Below, one piece after another: positions 44,202 to 57,323 of a stretch of DNA of 64,000 nucleotides. The notes beneath the pieces were generated by a model. The model was not told the origin of the DNA. It ran no database searches and saw only the letters and a list, made by a program, of their open reading frames with translations. How positions within the stretch are numbered: the first letter of the stretch is position 1; every line of letters begins with the position of its first letter. The translations under genes and the position numbers were made by a program. Source of the stretch: Piromyces finnis finn (taxonomy: Eukaryota; Fungi; Neocallimastigomycota); NCBI GenBank assembly GCA_002104945.1, contig MCFH01000002.1:1550001-1614000 (forward strand), read 5' to 3'.

Positions 44202-47200
44202 TTATTTATATAGATTATTTAATGAGAATAATACTTTTGTTAATTCTTTTTCTGTAAGTTTTAAATAGTCTATGAGATTATCAGTATTAAAATTATCTTT
44301 TAAAGATCGAAGCGATTTATATATATTGTTAAGAGGATATTTAATATCTTTTAAGTATAAAAAAAATTAAATTAATTTACATTTTATATTTCATTTATTT
44401 TTTGATTTATATTCTTTTAAGATATTTATGTAAAATATGTAAGATATATAATGCATAATATGATTTTATACTTATTATAACATTCCCAATAGCTTTATAT
44501 TTTTCTTCATAATTGATGATTTCATTTTTTACTGATTGACACTAAAAATATTAAAATATATATCAATGTTAATAAGATTCTTTATATAAAATATTTTATA
44601 TATATATTACAATATTTTTGAAATTTGTCTTATATTCTGAAAAAATATTTATATAAGAATCTTTTTCTTTTGTAATAATATCTTGATATATTTTAAATCC
44701 TTTTATAATATTATCCAATTTATTCTTTATTTCTTTTTTGCTAAATAAGAAAAACAAAAAACTTAAGTATATATTTCTATAAAAATATTTTCAATATTAA
44801 TATACATACTCAATATTATTTGGTAATGATAACGCTTTTACAATATCATCTGATGCAGGTATTAATGGCATTCCTGGCTTTAATACTTTGTTGTTTTTAA
44901 ATTTTAATATTAATTAATAAATATATATATTAATACGAAATTTTATAAAATAAGGGATGTAACAATATACCTTTATTTAAATCTGGATATGGTGCTAATT
45001 ATTTAAATATAAATTTGTTATAAGTTATTATTTTTAATAATGCTAAAATATTCAGTATTTATTATACCTGATGGTATTAGGACTGATAGTGGAAGTAAAT
45101 AATTGATTGTATCATTCAAAGAAGAAATAGCTATTTCATATTTTTTTTTTGCTTCATTCTATAAAAAAATATTTATTAATTATTAAATATGCTTGATATG
45201 TTTAAAATAAATAAATTAAAAATGATAAAAACTTTTAACACTATATCTAGTTTTGGACTAAAAAAGGAATCAAAGAATATATTAATGGATGTTAGATCTA
45301 TAATATATTAATTTATGAATTAAATAACGAAATAATATAAGTATTTTGTCTTCTATGTAAATTGATATAATATTATATAATACCAATATATAATTGATGT
45401 AATTTTGTTTCTAAACGACCAATATGTTTAATGTTTAAATGATCTGTATTTCCTAATGTTATATAATTTATAATTAATGCATTATATTTTTTAAAGACTA
45501 AATAAAGAACAACAATAAAACAAACCTGAACATATATCTAAAATTGAAATTTTGCTTCTAGGTCTGGTTGTTGAAGATATAAAGTCAGAATAAAATATGA
45601 ATTCATTTTTATTGTTATTATCATCAATGTTACTAAATATTGAACTAGTATTTTTTTCTAAATAATTTAGTGATTTGAAATTATTTAATTTTTCATTTAA
45701 TCTAGTTAATAAAATTTTCAAATGCTTTAGCTCATATTTGGTATTTTCATTAAGGGTGTTACACTATCAAAAACAAAATATTTTATACTTTCTTATTAAT
45801 TGAATTTTATCCATTAATTTAAAAATTAACATGTAATCTTACTTTTTCAATATTATTTATATTCATTGACAGGTTGTTTGTAATGTTTTCAATATCATCA
45901 ATATATGATGCTTTTTCATTAATTATTTTTTCCTGAGATACTACCTTTTTTAATATGATATTTAAAATTTATTAATTTATAAATATATTTAAAATATTAA
46001 AAGCATTAATCATTCATCATTCATACTTGTCTTTTTAATTGGATGATTTGTGATTTTAAAATCGCTAATCTTTTAATATTCGTTTCTTGTTTTCCATTTT
46101 CAGATGTTATATCCTTTAATAACAATTTTATCTTTTTATTTTCGTTTATTAGCTTTATATTTTCACTTTTTAGTATTTTCATCTTTATTATATATTTATA
46201 TATTTATTGAATATATATAAAATTATTAAAAATCTAATAAATACTATTAATGTTAGTTATATATTCCATAAATTATTGATAGTTTTTTATTTACTTCGTT
46301 TTTTAGTTTCTTTATTATTTCATTATCATTTATATTAGCTAAATCTTCATTATTATAATTTTTATATTTTTCCATTCGCTTTGTAGGAATAGATGTTAAA
46401 GGCAAAATATCAATAAAATTATTATCTTTTTTTATTTTTGGCGAATCTTTTTCGTTTGTTATTTTATAAAAATTGTTAATCTCATCATATATGATATTTT
46501 CTTCCCCATAATTATTGAAATTATTAACTGATATTTTCTTTTTCTCTTCAATCTGTTTATTTTTCAAAGGACCCTATATTTAAATTTTAAATGTATATTA
46601 ATAAAACAAATAGTTTTATATTAAAAAAATTCATATGTTAAAACAAATAATTTACAATCGATGCTTTTTTATCAATTATATTCTTATTTTGAGTATCAAA
46701 TATATTGTCTATAACTGATTTTGGAGATGGATTTAAAAGTGAAACGAGAAAATCTAAAGCGTCAAGACAATCATTTTTATTAAATATGTCAAAGTCTTTT
46801 TTACATAAATATCCCTGATTCTATTATATATATTTATATATTTTATGAAAAGAATATATATATTGGGTTTTTTTTTTTATAAATAATTAATATGTTTTTA
46901 TATATGTTATTCCTGAGAAAAACCTTCAATTCTTTTTTAACAAGTGATTTAAAAACCATTTGAAAGGCCATTTCATGATCTCTTTTTTCGGAAACTAAAA
47001 CATTATGCTGTAGATCTATCTTCTTCATTTTGTTATAAAAATGATTTTATATAATGTTAGAAATTTCTATTATATATATTCATATATTTAAAATATTTAA
47101 ATATGATAAAAAAAACTACTTTTTCATTTTTTCTATCTTCTTTTAAATTTTGAAAAGATTTTACATTTAATTTCCAAAATAGTGTTGAAAATAGATTTAA

Positions 47201-47752
47201 AATAAATTCCATTAATTTTGACGATATAATTTTTTCTCCATTCTCTATATCAGAAGCCATCTTCAAATTACTGACGTTACTTTCATTTATTTTTACTTTA
47301 TCATTATTATTAACATTATTATAATTTATATTTTTTTTATTATTTTTTATATTGGTTGGCATTGTTTTTCTACTTTTTATGTCTTTTGTTTTCATTAGTG
47401 TATTATTAGTCATCTTTTTACTTTGTGATTTTACTTCATTACATATATTAATTGTATCTAAAAAGGATTTTTCATCCAAATTTTCTAAGCCTTTGATATG
47501 TCGTAGTTTAGTAAAAATTTCAAAAGCTCGTACTTCTATAGACTCATTACTTTTTACCATTCGTAATGGTAAATTTTTTTTTATATAACTAATAGATTTT
47601 AAATTTGAAGTTGGATGCTTTAAAATAGGAATTTCCTCAATTTTTGTTTTTCTTACAATTAAAGGAATCTGTTCTTTTGGATTATGTTTATTAATTAAAC
47701 ATAATTGCTCATTAGAAGAACATATATTATTAATTTTATTTAACGAGTTCAT
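44202..47752 (-). CDS. Uncharacterised multi-exon protein with coiled-coil-like segments
   Basis: Open exons separated by short GT-AG AT-rich introns (e.g. KRLAILKSQIIQLKRQ, HLNIKHIGRLETKLHQLY, YEIAISSLNDTINYLLPLSVLIP, LKPGMPLIPASDDIVKALSLP). Family not recognised; ends approximate. Confidence 0.6.
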
Positions 47753-48430
47753 ATTACAGTTAAAAGTAAAAATATTTATTATGTAACTTAGTAGTAATGA
47801 CTATACATATCCATATTTACAAAATTTAATTATTCCATATATAGTAAATTAAATTTTAAAATTTAATTAATATTTTAATTTATTATAAAGTTAAATATAT
47901 TTCTCTTTATATGTAATATATTATAATATATTATATATTTATATATATTTATATAAAAAATATAAAATATATAAAATAGTTACTTTTTTATAATTATTAA
48001 TTTTTGTTTCGTTATACTATTAAATATAAAGTTTACTTTTTTATAAAGCAAGTATATATTATCACAATATTTTATTATAAACTTTTATTTGTCTTGTTTA
48101 TTTTATTCTTTACTTTTATAATAAATGTATTCTATATTCTTATATTTTTTATTTTAATTTTTATTTTATTTTATTTTATTTTATTTTTTTTTTTATTTTA
48201 ATTTAATTTATTTATTATATTTTATTTTGGATATTCCTTATTTATTTTTTTTAAAAAAAAAAAACATTTTTTATATAAAAGTTTTTTAATATTTAATAAT
48301 CTACTTCTATTATTTATGAAATAAAATATAAAAAGTAGATTATTGATTTAAAGATATTTCTTTATTATTCATCTTTCATTTTAATTTTTTTTTTTTTTTT
48401 TTTTTTTTGAGGTCTTGTGATTTATCCATT

Positions 48431-49971
48431 TTAGTTAACAGTAGTGCCCTTTGGCCATATACCGAGTTCTACAAAATCATCAATTACTTCTCTTACTTTT
48501 TCTAAAGTAACATTTGGAACATCATAAGAAAATCCTAATTCATTTTCAATCTATTTATTTAAATATATTAATAAAATTTTAGCATTTCTTATTTTAGAAT
48601 TTACTTTTCTTTTTTAAAAAAAAAAAAAATAAAGATTTTATTATACCTTTGAACCATCAACACTTAATGCATTATCTTTTAATAATTCTTTATCTAAATA
48701 TGGTGTAAGTGGAGTGTTTGTTACGCCACTATTCTTACAAAGTTCTGACCATGGTTGGAGATGCTTATCATTAATATCTTCAGTAACAGATTCCATATTT
48801 AACTAGATATTTTTATTTTTTATGTTATTTAATATATATTGTTATTTAATTATTATATATTTCTAATATATTAATAATATTTAACATTATATATTTACTC
48901 TAGCAAAATTACTAATAAGAGTTCCTTGGAAACCAGTCTTAATGCCAAAGATTTCTCTAATAAATACATTAATTGTTTCTTGATCTTTAAATATTATATT
49001 ATTTTAATTATTAATGATTATTTTTTTTTAATAAATATCTCTAATAAATATATTTAAAATACTAGTAATATTTTACTTGTATCTTCTTTATCAGCTAAGT
49101 TATAAATTTCTGGAGTGGTAACTGGATTAACACGTCCACCCTTTTCTTCTTTAGTTGCAGCAACCCACCAGATTGCTTTTACCTAATAATAATAAATATT
49201 TATTTAAAATTGTCTATTTATAAAATTCAAAACAAATTTAAAGAATTAATAATAATACTTACAACATCTGAAACATGAACGGTATTTAATTTTAAGTCTT
49301 TAGTCCATAAGAAAGACATTTCTTCATTTAATTGACGGTAAACTGCACCAATAATTAAACGTGGAGCTTATATAAAATTAATTTAATTTAATTAATAATA
49401 AAAATATTACAAGAATATTTAAATAAATAATTTATATAATATTAATAATATATAGAAGATATTATACTTACTAATACCCAAAACATCACCTGGGCCATAA
49501 ACAACAGCTGGTCTTAAAATAACAAGGTTTAATCTATATATTTTTTTAAATAATTTGAAAAATAAAATTAATGACGACATTATTAATTAAGTAATTTTTG
49601 AAATATGAGCAAACTTTTACCCTTTTATCTTTTTTAATTCTTCTTCAGCCTTTAATTTGTATTTTGCAATTAAAGTCCATGGCTTAGTCTTACCATCTTC
49701 TTTACTTGGTTTCTTTATATATATGAAAATACCTCTTAATATTTGTGTTAAATAGTAGTTATTAAATTTAATATATAATGAATATTACCTTATCTCCATC
49801 ATATATTTGTGCAGTACTTAATTCAACAAAAACTTTAATATTTCTTTTTGCTGCTTCATTTGCACAAGTAACAGAAAGACCAAAAACTTTTTCGTTGTAA
49901 ACCTTTTTTTATTTATTTATAAATAATGAAAAATTATATAAGCAAAAAAAATTTGTGTCATATATTAACAA

Positions 49972-50002
<31 letters not shown>

Positions 50003-50395
50003 TTTTATTTTTTTTAGACTACATACACCTTCTGATTGTCCATATTTAGTTTCAGCTGCTAAATTAAATACATAATCATATTCTGAACCATCATCACAAG
50101 TGAAAATTTTTTCAACGGCAGCTACAAAAAAATAAATAAATAAATAAATTTATAACACTATTTAGGTTAATATACTAATAATAGATTTAATTATACCAGC
50201 ATTGGTTAAATTAGCTTGCTTAAAAGTAAGCTTTGGACTATCAAAAGCTGCTTTATGTTTTGAATTTAAGTAAGCAGTTGCTGGTAAAACTTTATCAGCG
50301 ACTGTGATATGGTCAACTAAATTATTTTCAATTAAGTATGAACATAAGTTTCTGCCAATAAAACCAACACCACCAAGAATAAGAACCTTTACCAT
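48431..50395 (-). CDS. NAD(P)-dependent epimerase/dehydratase (extended SDR), multi-exon
   Basis: Rossmann motif VLILGGVGFIGRNL, VFNLAAET, ELSTAQIY, KYKLKAEE (YxxxK-like), ILRPAVVYGPGD, VHVSDVV; stop at 48431. Confidence 0.9.
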
Positions 50396-51879
50396 CTTTA
50401 TATATTTATATAAATTAATAATTGCTCCTTATTGATAATATATTATTTTAATTTTAAAAAAATTTATTATTTATTTTAATATATAATATCAACAATGTTT
50501 ATTTTTTTACTATTATTTATTTGTTTTTATTAATAATATTCTTAAATTGAATACTTTTTTTATTTTGTTTTACTTATTAAATTTATTGAATTATCAAAAT
50601 TTTACTTTAATATAAATTATTGTTATTATTATTTTTATTATTATTATTTTTTTTTTTTAATTTAAGATATTACAAATTATATCTTTTTATTTATTTATTA
50701 TTATTTTTATTATTTTTATAACAATACTTCAATATATAAATTATATTCAATATATACTAAAATTTATAACTTATATTTTATATTATTTTTTATTTTATAA
50801 TTAATAAACTATTCGGGTTTTATATGTTTACTGTATTTATTTTTATATTTTTTATTAACCTCCTTAATATTATTATAGATTTTGATTTGATTTTATTTTA
50901 TCTTTTTCATTTTACATAATTTTTTGATACTTTTTGATATTTTATTATTATTTTTTAATATATATATTTTGTAAAAACTATTCGTTTTAACTGATGGTTG
51001 TTTATACTATTTATACTAAATTATTTTATTCTCGATCCCAAAATGCAATTATTGCTTTGTTTACATTACTTATATAATCTTTCTTTTATGATTGTTATTT
51101 ATTTATTTTTTTTTATATTCATTATTAATATATTACAATTTTATAATAATTAAAAATTAATATTTCTATTACTTTTATTATTTAAATATTTCTAGAAAGA
51201 TATTCTATATTATTTTAAAATTTATTGTTTAATAATTTATAAGTATGAATTAATAATATTATTAACAATTATTAATTTCAAAATTAAAAATAAATAATAT
51301 TATAAAAAAAAGTAGGAAAATAAAATAAAAAAAAAAAAAAAAAAGGTATATATATAAATAAATATAAGGTAATATATTAAAAACTATTTAATAAGTTTTA
51401 AAGTTAATAAAAATTTATATGTATTAATAAAACTTCTGTATTGAGTATTACATATAATTATAAAACTATATTAGATAATTAATTTAAATAATTGAAAACT
51501 CAAAGTGAAAATAAATATAGTTTTTTAAAGTTAAAATTACATTTTCTCTTTTATAAATTATTATTTAATACCTTAACATATAATTTATAACTATTAATGA
51601 TAAAAACTATATAATATGGTTATATAGTACGAATTTAAAATTTATTTTTAAAATTTATATATATATTTAAAATTTTTAACTATAATTGAATATATATATT
51701 TATGATTTGAGTTTGAACTACTGGAATTTTTATTTATAATTTCGTTTATTCTTCTATTAATAAAATAAATCTTGAAAAAAATAAAAATAGTTTTGCTAAT
51801 CAATATTAAATAACCAAAAATCTTATTTTAAATTTTTTAAAATTAATTCTTTAATTTTATTTTTATAATATTTATCTTA

Positions 51880-51880
<1 letters not shown>

Positions 51881-51961
<81 letters not shown>
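51881..51961. repeat. (ATT)n intergenic microsatellite
   Basis: Directly visible. Confidence 0.95.
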
Positions 51962-51963
<2 letters not shown>

Positions 51964-52815
51964 AATAAATACATAAAGTATAATGGTATTTTATATATTT
52001 TATATAGATTATATATTAATGTACATCTTATTTTATCAAATAAAAGTTTTAATTAGAAAAACTTTATTTATGTATAATACATCAAACTGTGAATATTATT
52101 TTTAAAAATAATATGTATACAATAGGATAATACATTAAATAGTTTAGATGTACATGATATTTTATTTTAACATTTATATAAATATTAATTATACATTGTT
52201 ATATTTTATTATAAATTTAAACTTAATAACTATTGAAATTAATAATTATTGATGTATTAATAAGTAAAAAATATATATATAAATATTAATATAATTATAC
52301 ATTTCTGTAAAATTATAAATAAATAATTTTTTCATATTAAATCTCATTATTAGTAAAAATTTTTCTTTTTATTTTTTAATTTATTAATTGTCAACTTAAA
52401 TTTTCTGCTTTTAATTATTAATTAAATAATTATTTAATAACTTAAAACATTATGTTACACAACGTTTTATTTATTTAAGTTAATCATAAACACATTGTCT
52501 TTGCTTTTATACTCTTTAACGAAATTAGAATTGTAAATATTAATTATAATAATAATAAATTAAATTTAATTATTAATTATTATCAATATATCAATATACC
52601 CTCTCTTCTTAATTTAATATTTCAAATTTTAATAAAAATAAAAATATAATATCAATTTTTATTTATTGAATTTAATTTACATAGCAATTTAAATTTTTTG
52701 AAAAACAGATTTGGTTTAAATATTATGTAAATCTGTTACCATTATAAATTTATAGTAAATTATTCTTTAATAAAATTAAATTAATAATTTCTTTCTTTGT
52801 TTTTCCTTTTCCCTT

Positions 52816-52831
52816 TTCTCTCTCTCTCTCT

Positions 52832-52877
<46 letters not shown>
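52816..52877 (+). repeat. (CT)n followed by a ~40-nt T run, ~70 bp upstream of the ATG at 52945
   Basis: Directly visible; any promoter or UTR role is untested. Confidence 0.85.
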
Positions 52878-52944
52878 TATATATATATTCATTTTAGTAA
52901 TTAGTAATTAAATTCTTTTTTTATATAAATCTATTTTACCAATA

Positions 52945-55900
52945 ATGAATAATTTTCAAGAAGAAAAGAACGATTTTTTTAATAATAATGATAATAAGTA
53001 TATTCTTAATAATAATGATGAAAAAAATAAAAATAAGAAAATTAAAATTTCATCAAATGATGATTATTTAAATGAAAATTCTTTAAATATAAATCTATTA
53101 CATAGTCAGAATATTGATGAATGTGATGATTTAATATTGAAATTAAATGTTTTTTTCAAGATGTTAGATCGAACAATCTCAAATTGTTATGATGAATTTT
53201 TAGAATTATCCAAAATTAGTGAAGAATTATCAAATAAAATTAAATTAGATTTTTATGTAGAAACTCATTCCAAAAAAAAAACTCATGAACATAATAGAAA
53301 TGCTTCATTGTCGAAATATCCTTCTCTTTTCGTACCATATAAAGAAAGAAATTTTAATCATATATATTCCTTATGTAAAAGTAGAATTTTAAATCAGCAA
53401 TTTAATCCAATATCATTATCATCTTTTTTGGAAATTTTTAAAAAATATGAACCAGGGGTTATTAAATTACCAGTCCAATTAGAAACCATAAAACTATGTT
53501 TGAAATATGCTTTATATCAATATTTAGAATATAAAATAATGTTCAGTAGTATATATAAGCTCTTAATATTATATATAAAAACAGAAAATCTTGAAATGGT
53601 AGAGTTTAATAAATTATTAAAACATAAGCATAGTATTAAAATACTGCCATTATCTGAAAGAAATCAAATTAATATTTTAATTAAACAATATTACATTGAT
53701 ATTCTTGAACTTGAAAATAATAATATAAGTAGAAATTTAAAACAAAATATCATGGATATATCATTTGAAGAAAAAACTAAAGAAATTGAAGAAACTAATA
53801 ATAAAAATGTACTATCTAATAATAATGCAGTTAATGAAAATATACAATTTTCTTTAGATAATTCAATTAAAGAATTAGATAATAATGTTGAAAAGTTAAA
53901 TAAAAATAATAAACAAGAAAATAATCAGGCAAACAATAGTAAATATAATATCTTAATTAAAGATTTCAATCCAGTATCAACAATTTTCAAAAAAAAATTA
54001 AATATCCAACTAGACACAACAGAATTACCTAACCAAGCTCATTCTCCTTTATTATATAATAAATCTAAACAAGTAATAAAATCATAGTATATTTTTTCTA
54101 TTTTTATTATATATATTTTAAAAATCATATTAATATTTTGTATATATTATATATTATATATATGTATTTCTACTTTTAAAATATAATACAAATTTTTAAA
54201 TTTATAAAGATAGTAAACAAAATTTCAAATCAAAATAATATAGTATTAGATGAACAAATAAAAAATAAAAATAATAATATTGAGAATTTAGAGCAATTAA
54301 TATTGTTCAATGATGAAAAAAAAGATAAAATACGACAGAACAAAAATGCAATTAATTCTATATCAGAATCTCAAAATAAATTAAAAAATTCAAGACAAAT
54401 TGAAAATAACAATATAAATAATTCAATCATTAATTTCCAGCAAAAAAAAGAAAACACTGATAAAAACATAGATCCTGAGATAAAGCATAAAAGAAAGATT
54501 AAGTTAAAACGTTTTAATAGAAAAGTTTATACTGGAAGCGAAGAAGAATTCATTGATAGTAGTGAAAGTGATACTAATAATAATGATATGCTTAAAAAAA
54601 AGCCTAAGAATTCAAGTATTAAAAAAAGAAAGAAAGAAAAGCATATTGAAAATAGCAAAAATTACGAAAATAATATTCATGAATATATAATAACAAGTGA
54701 TGCTGTAATTGAAGTTGAAAATGATAATAGTAATAAGTTAAATATTAAAGATAAATATACTAATAATATTTGCAATAACAATAGTGATAATAGTAAAGTA
54801 GTAGAAAACGTCATTATTAATAATGATAATAACGGTAGTTATGAAAATAGTAATAATGGTAATAATGATAATAATGATAACAATCCCATTTCTAAGATCG
54901 AGTTTAATAAGATTAAAATTAATACTAAAAATGACATCAATGAAAATAATAATGGCAACAATAATAAAATTAATGATAACAAAAATGACGGTTCTGAAAA
55001 GCTAAATAATTTATTATCATTAAAAAATATAAACAATGAAAGATTGTTTAAATTAATGAAAAGTAAATTAGATGATTTAGACTTAATTGATAAATATTCG
55101 AAAAATCGATATAATGATAATAAAATTAATTTAGTCAATTCAAAAAATGAAATTCATAAAATAAAAAAAATGAATCTACTTAAGTCAAATTCTATAATAG
55201 AAAGTCATTTTTCGCTTATAGAAGAATTATTAAATATGAATTTTTTAAAAAAGAAAATAAATAATAATATAACAAAAGAAATAGATAAAACAAAGGATAA
55301 TTCAGCAATAGTGGCCATTCAGACTAAATCAAATAATATTCAGAATATTAATCAATCTATTTTGAAACCTGAAGCATCACTCAAGAGTTCAAATAGCATA
55401 TTATCATCAAAAAAGTATAATATATCACAAATTTCAAATAATATAACTTCACCATTAAAAATAGATTTAACAAAAAAAACAACTACAGAAATATCCACAA
55501 CTCAAGCTATATTACCACAACTTCAGAATTCTAATATTAAAGGAAATGAAAATTTAAATGTCACCATCTTACCATTAAAAAACCCATCGCAAAATTTAAA
55601 TAATGCACTATCATCAACAGTACCTCAGCATTTAAACAATGATTTAAAGGCTAAAACTATAATATCTAAGGTTCCAAATATTGAAATATCTTTGCAGAAT
55701 GAAAAAATATCGACAAAAAACATTAAAACATCACTTTCAAAATCAAAATCATTATCTCAAAATTCAAATGGAATTTTTAAGCTTTCAATTAATAATTCTA
55801 ATGATCAAATAATTCACTTAAATAAGAGAGAAACAAATATAATAAATTCGGATGAACAATCATTAAATCCTAATATTAATATAAATTTAGAATTAGATCA

Positions 55901-57286
55901 TTCTTTAGATATAGTTAAAAATAAAAGTGATAATAATAATAATAATAATAATAAAATATCTGATATAAAAAACTTGAATGAGATACCTTTCAATCAAAAT
56001 AAAATAGAAAAATCAAATATTGGAAAAGAACTAAATACAACAAATATAAATGATAAAATAACATGTAAAAAAGACCTTCAAAATATCAATAATCGAAATA
56101 AATTAGATTTAAGTAATTTAAATGATAAATTAAAAACTAACAAATATGATATTAAATCATTAGAAAACATTATTGAAAGTAAAAAAATTGAAAATAAAAA
56201 TAAGGAAAAAGAACATGATCTTGTAAGTAGAGTTTATATTGAAAATAGAAAAGAACAGGAAAATAAAACTAAAATAAGTAATAAAGAAAAACTGGTGTTA
56301 TTAATAAAAAATGAAAAAGAAAGCAATTTAGAACACGAAATTATTACAAGAAATAGAAGTAATAATGAAAAAGATATTGATAAAGATAATAAGATTTTTG
56401 ATAATGATATTCAAATAATAAATATAAAAACACCTGAAACCAAAATCAACAAAAAATGTGAAAAAACTGAAGTTCTTATTGACAGTATTATTGAAAAGGA
56501 AATTTATAAACAAAATAATAATAAATTTATTAATGAAGATTATACTGAAGTCAAAACTAATAAAGAAGAAAAAAATCATGAAAATAAGATTCATATAGAA
56601 AAAGAAAATTATTTTCCAGTTTCTAAAATTCCAATTAATAATTTAATAAATTCAAACAATAACAAAATTCTTGAGATCAAAAAGAATACATTCAAAGAAA
56701 ACGAAGTAAATAATAATGTATATGTGAATAAAAAAATAAATATAAATAAAGCAAGTAATCGAAAGAATAAAAATGCTAATAGTGATAAAGTAAAGAATCA
56801 TGAAACTGAAATTCCTAAAAAAAATGAAGAAATTACTGAAAACGAACTATTAAACGACAATGAGATCAATGATTCTATTAAGTTATATTTTGAAAATGAT
56901 ATTCAAAATGATAATAATAATAAAAATGATAGTTTTAATAAGTTACTTTTTAAAAATAAAAATAATACTAATACTAGAAATGAATCTTATTCTGATAAAT
57001 TACATTTTGAAAATAATATTTTTGATAGTAAAATTAATGATCTTATTTTAAATAATAAAGACTTATCTCCTGAAACCAAAAATACAATAAAAACCCATAA
57101 CATAAATAATAAATATCCAGAAAGAATGGAGTTTGATGTAATTGATACTGATATTAATACTAATACTAATACTGATACTGATACTGATACTGATATTGAG
57201 AATCTTTCATCAAGAAGTAGAAGAATGCTACAAAATTTCTATAATAATAAATATTCAAAAATAACTGAGATTAAAGAGGTTGATAC

Positions 57287-57323
<37 letters not shown>

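Noticed and set aside
50400-52900. Hidden gene or ncRNA in the long intergenic region
   Set aside because: Extremely AT-rich, no ORF, no convincing GC stem or repeat family; treated as divergent promoter space.
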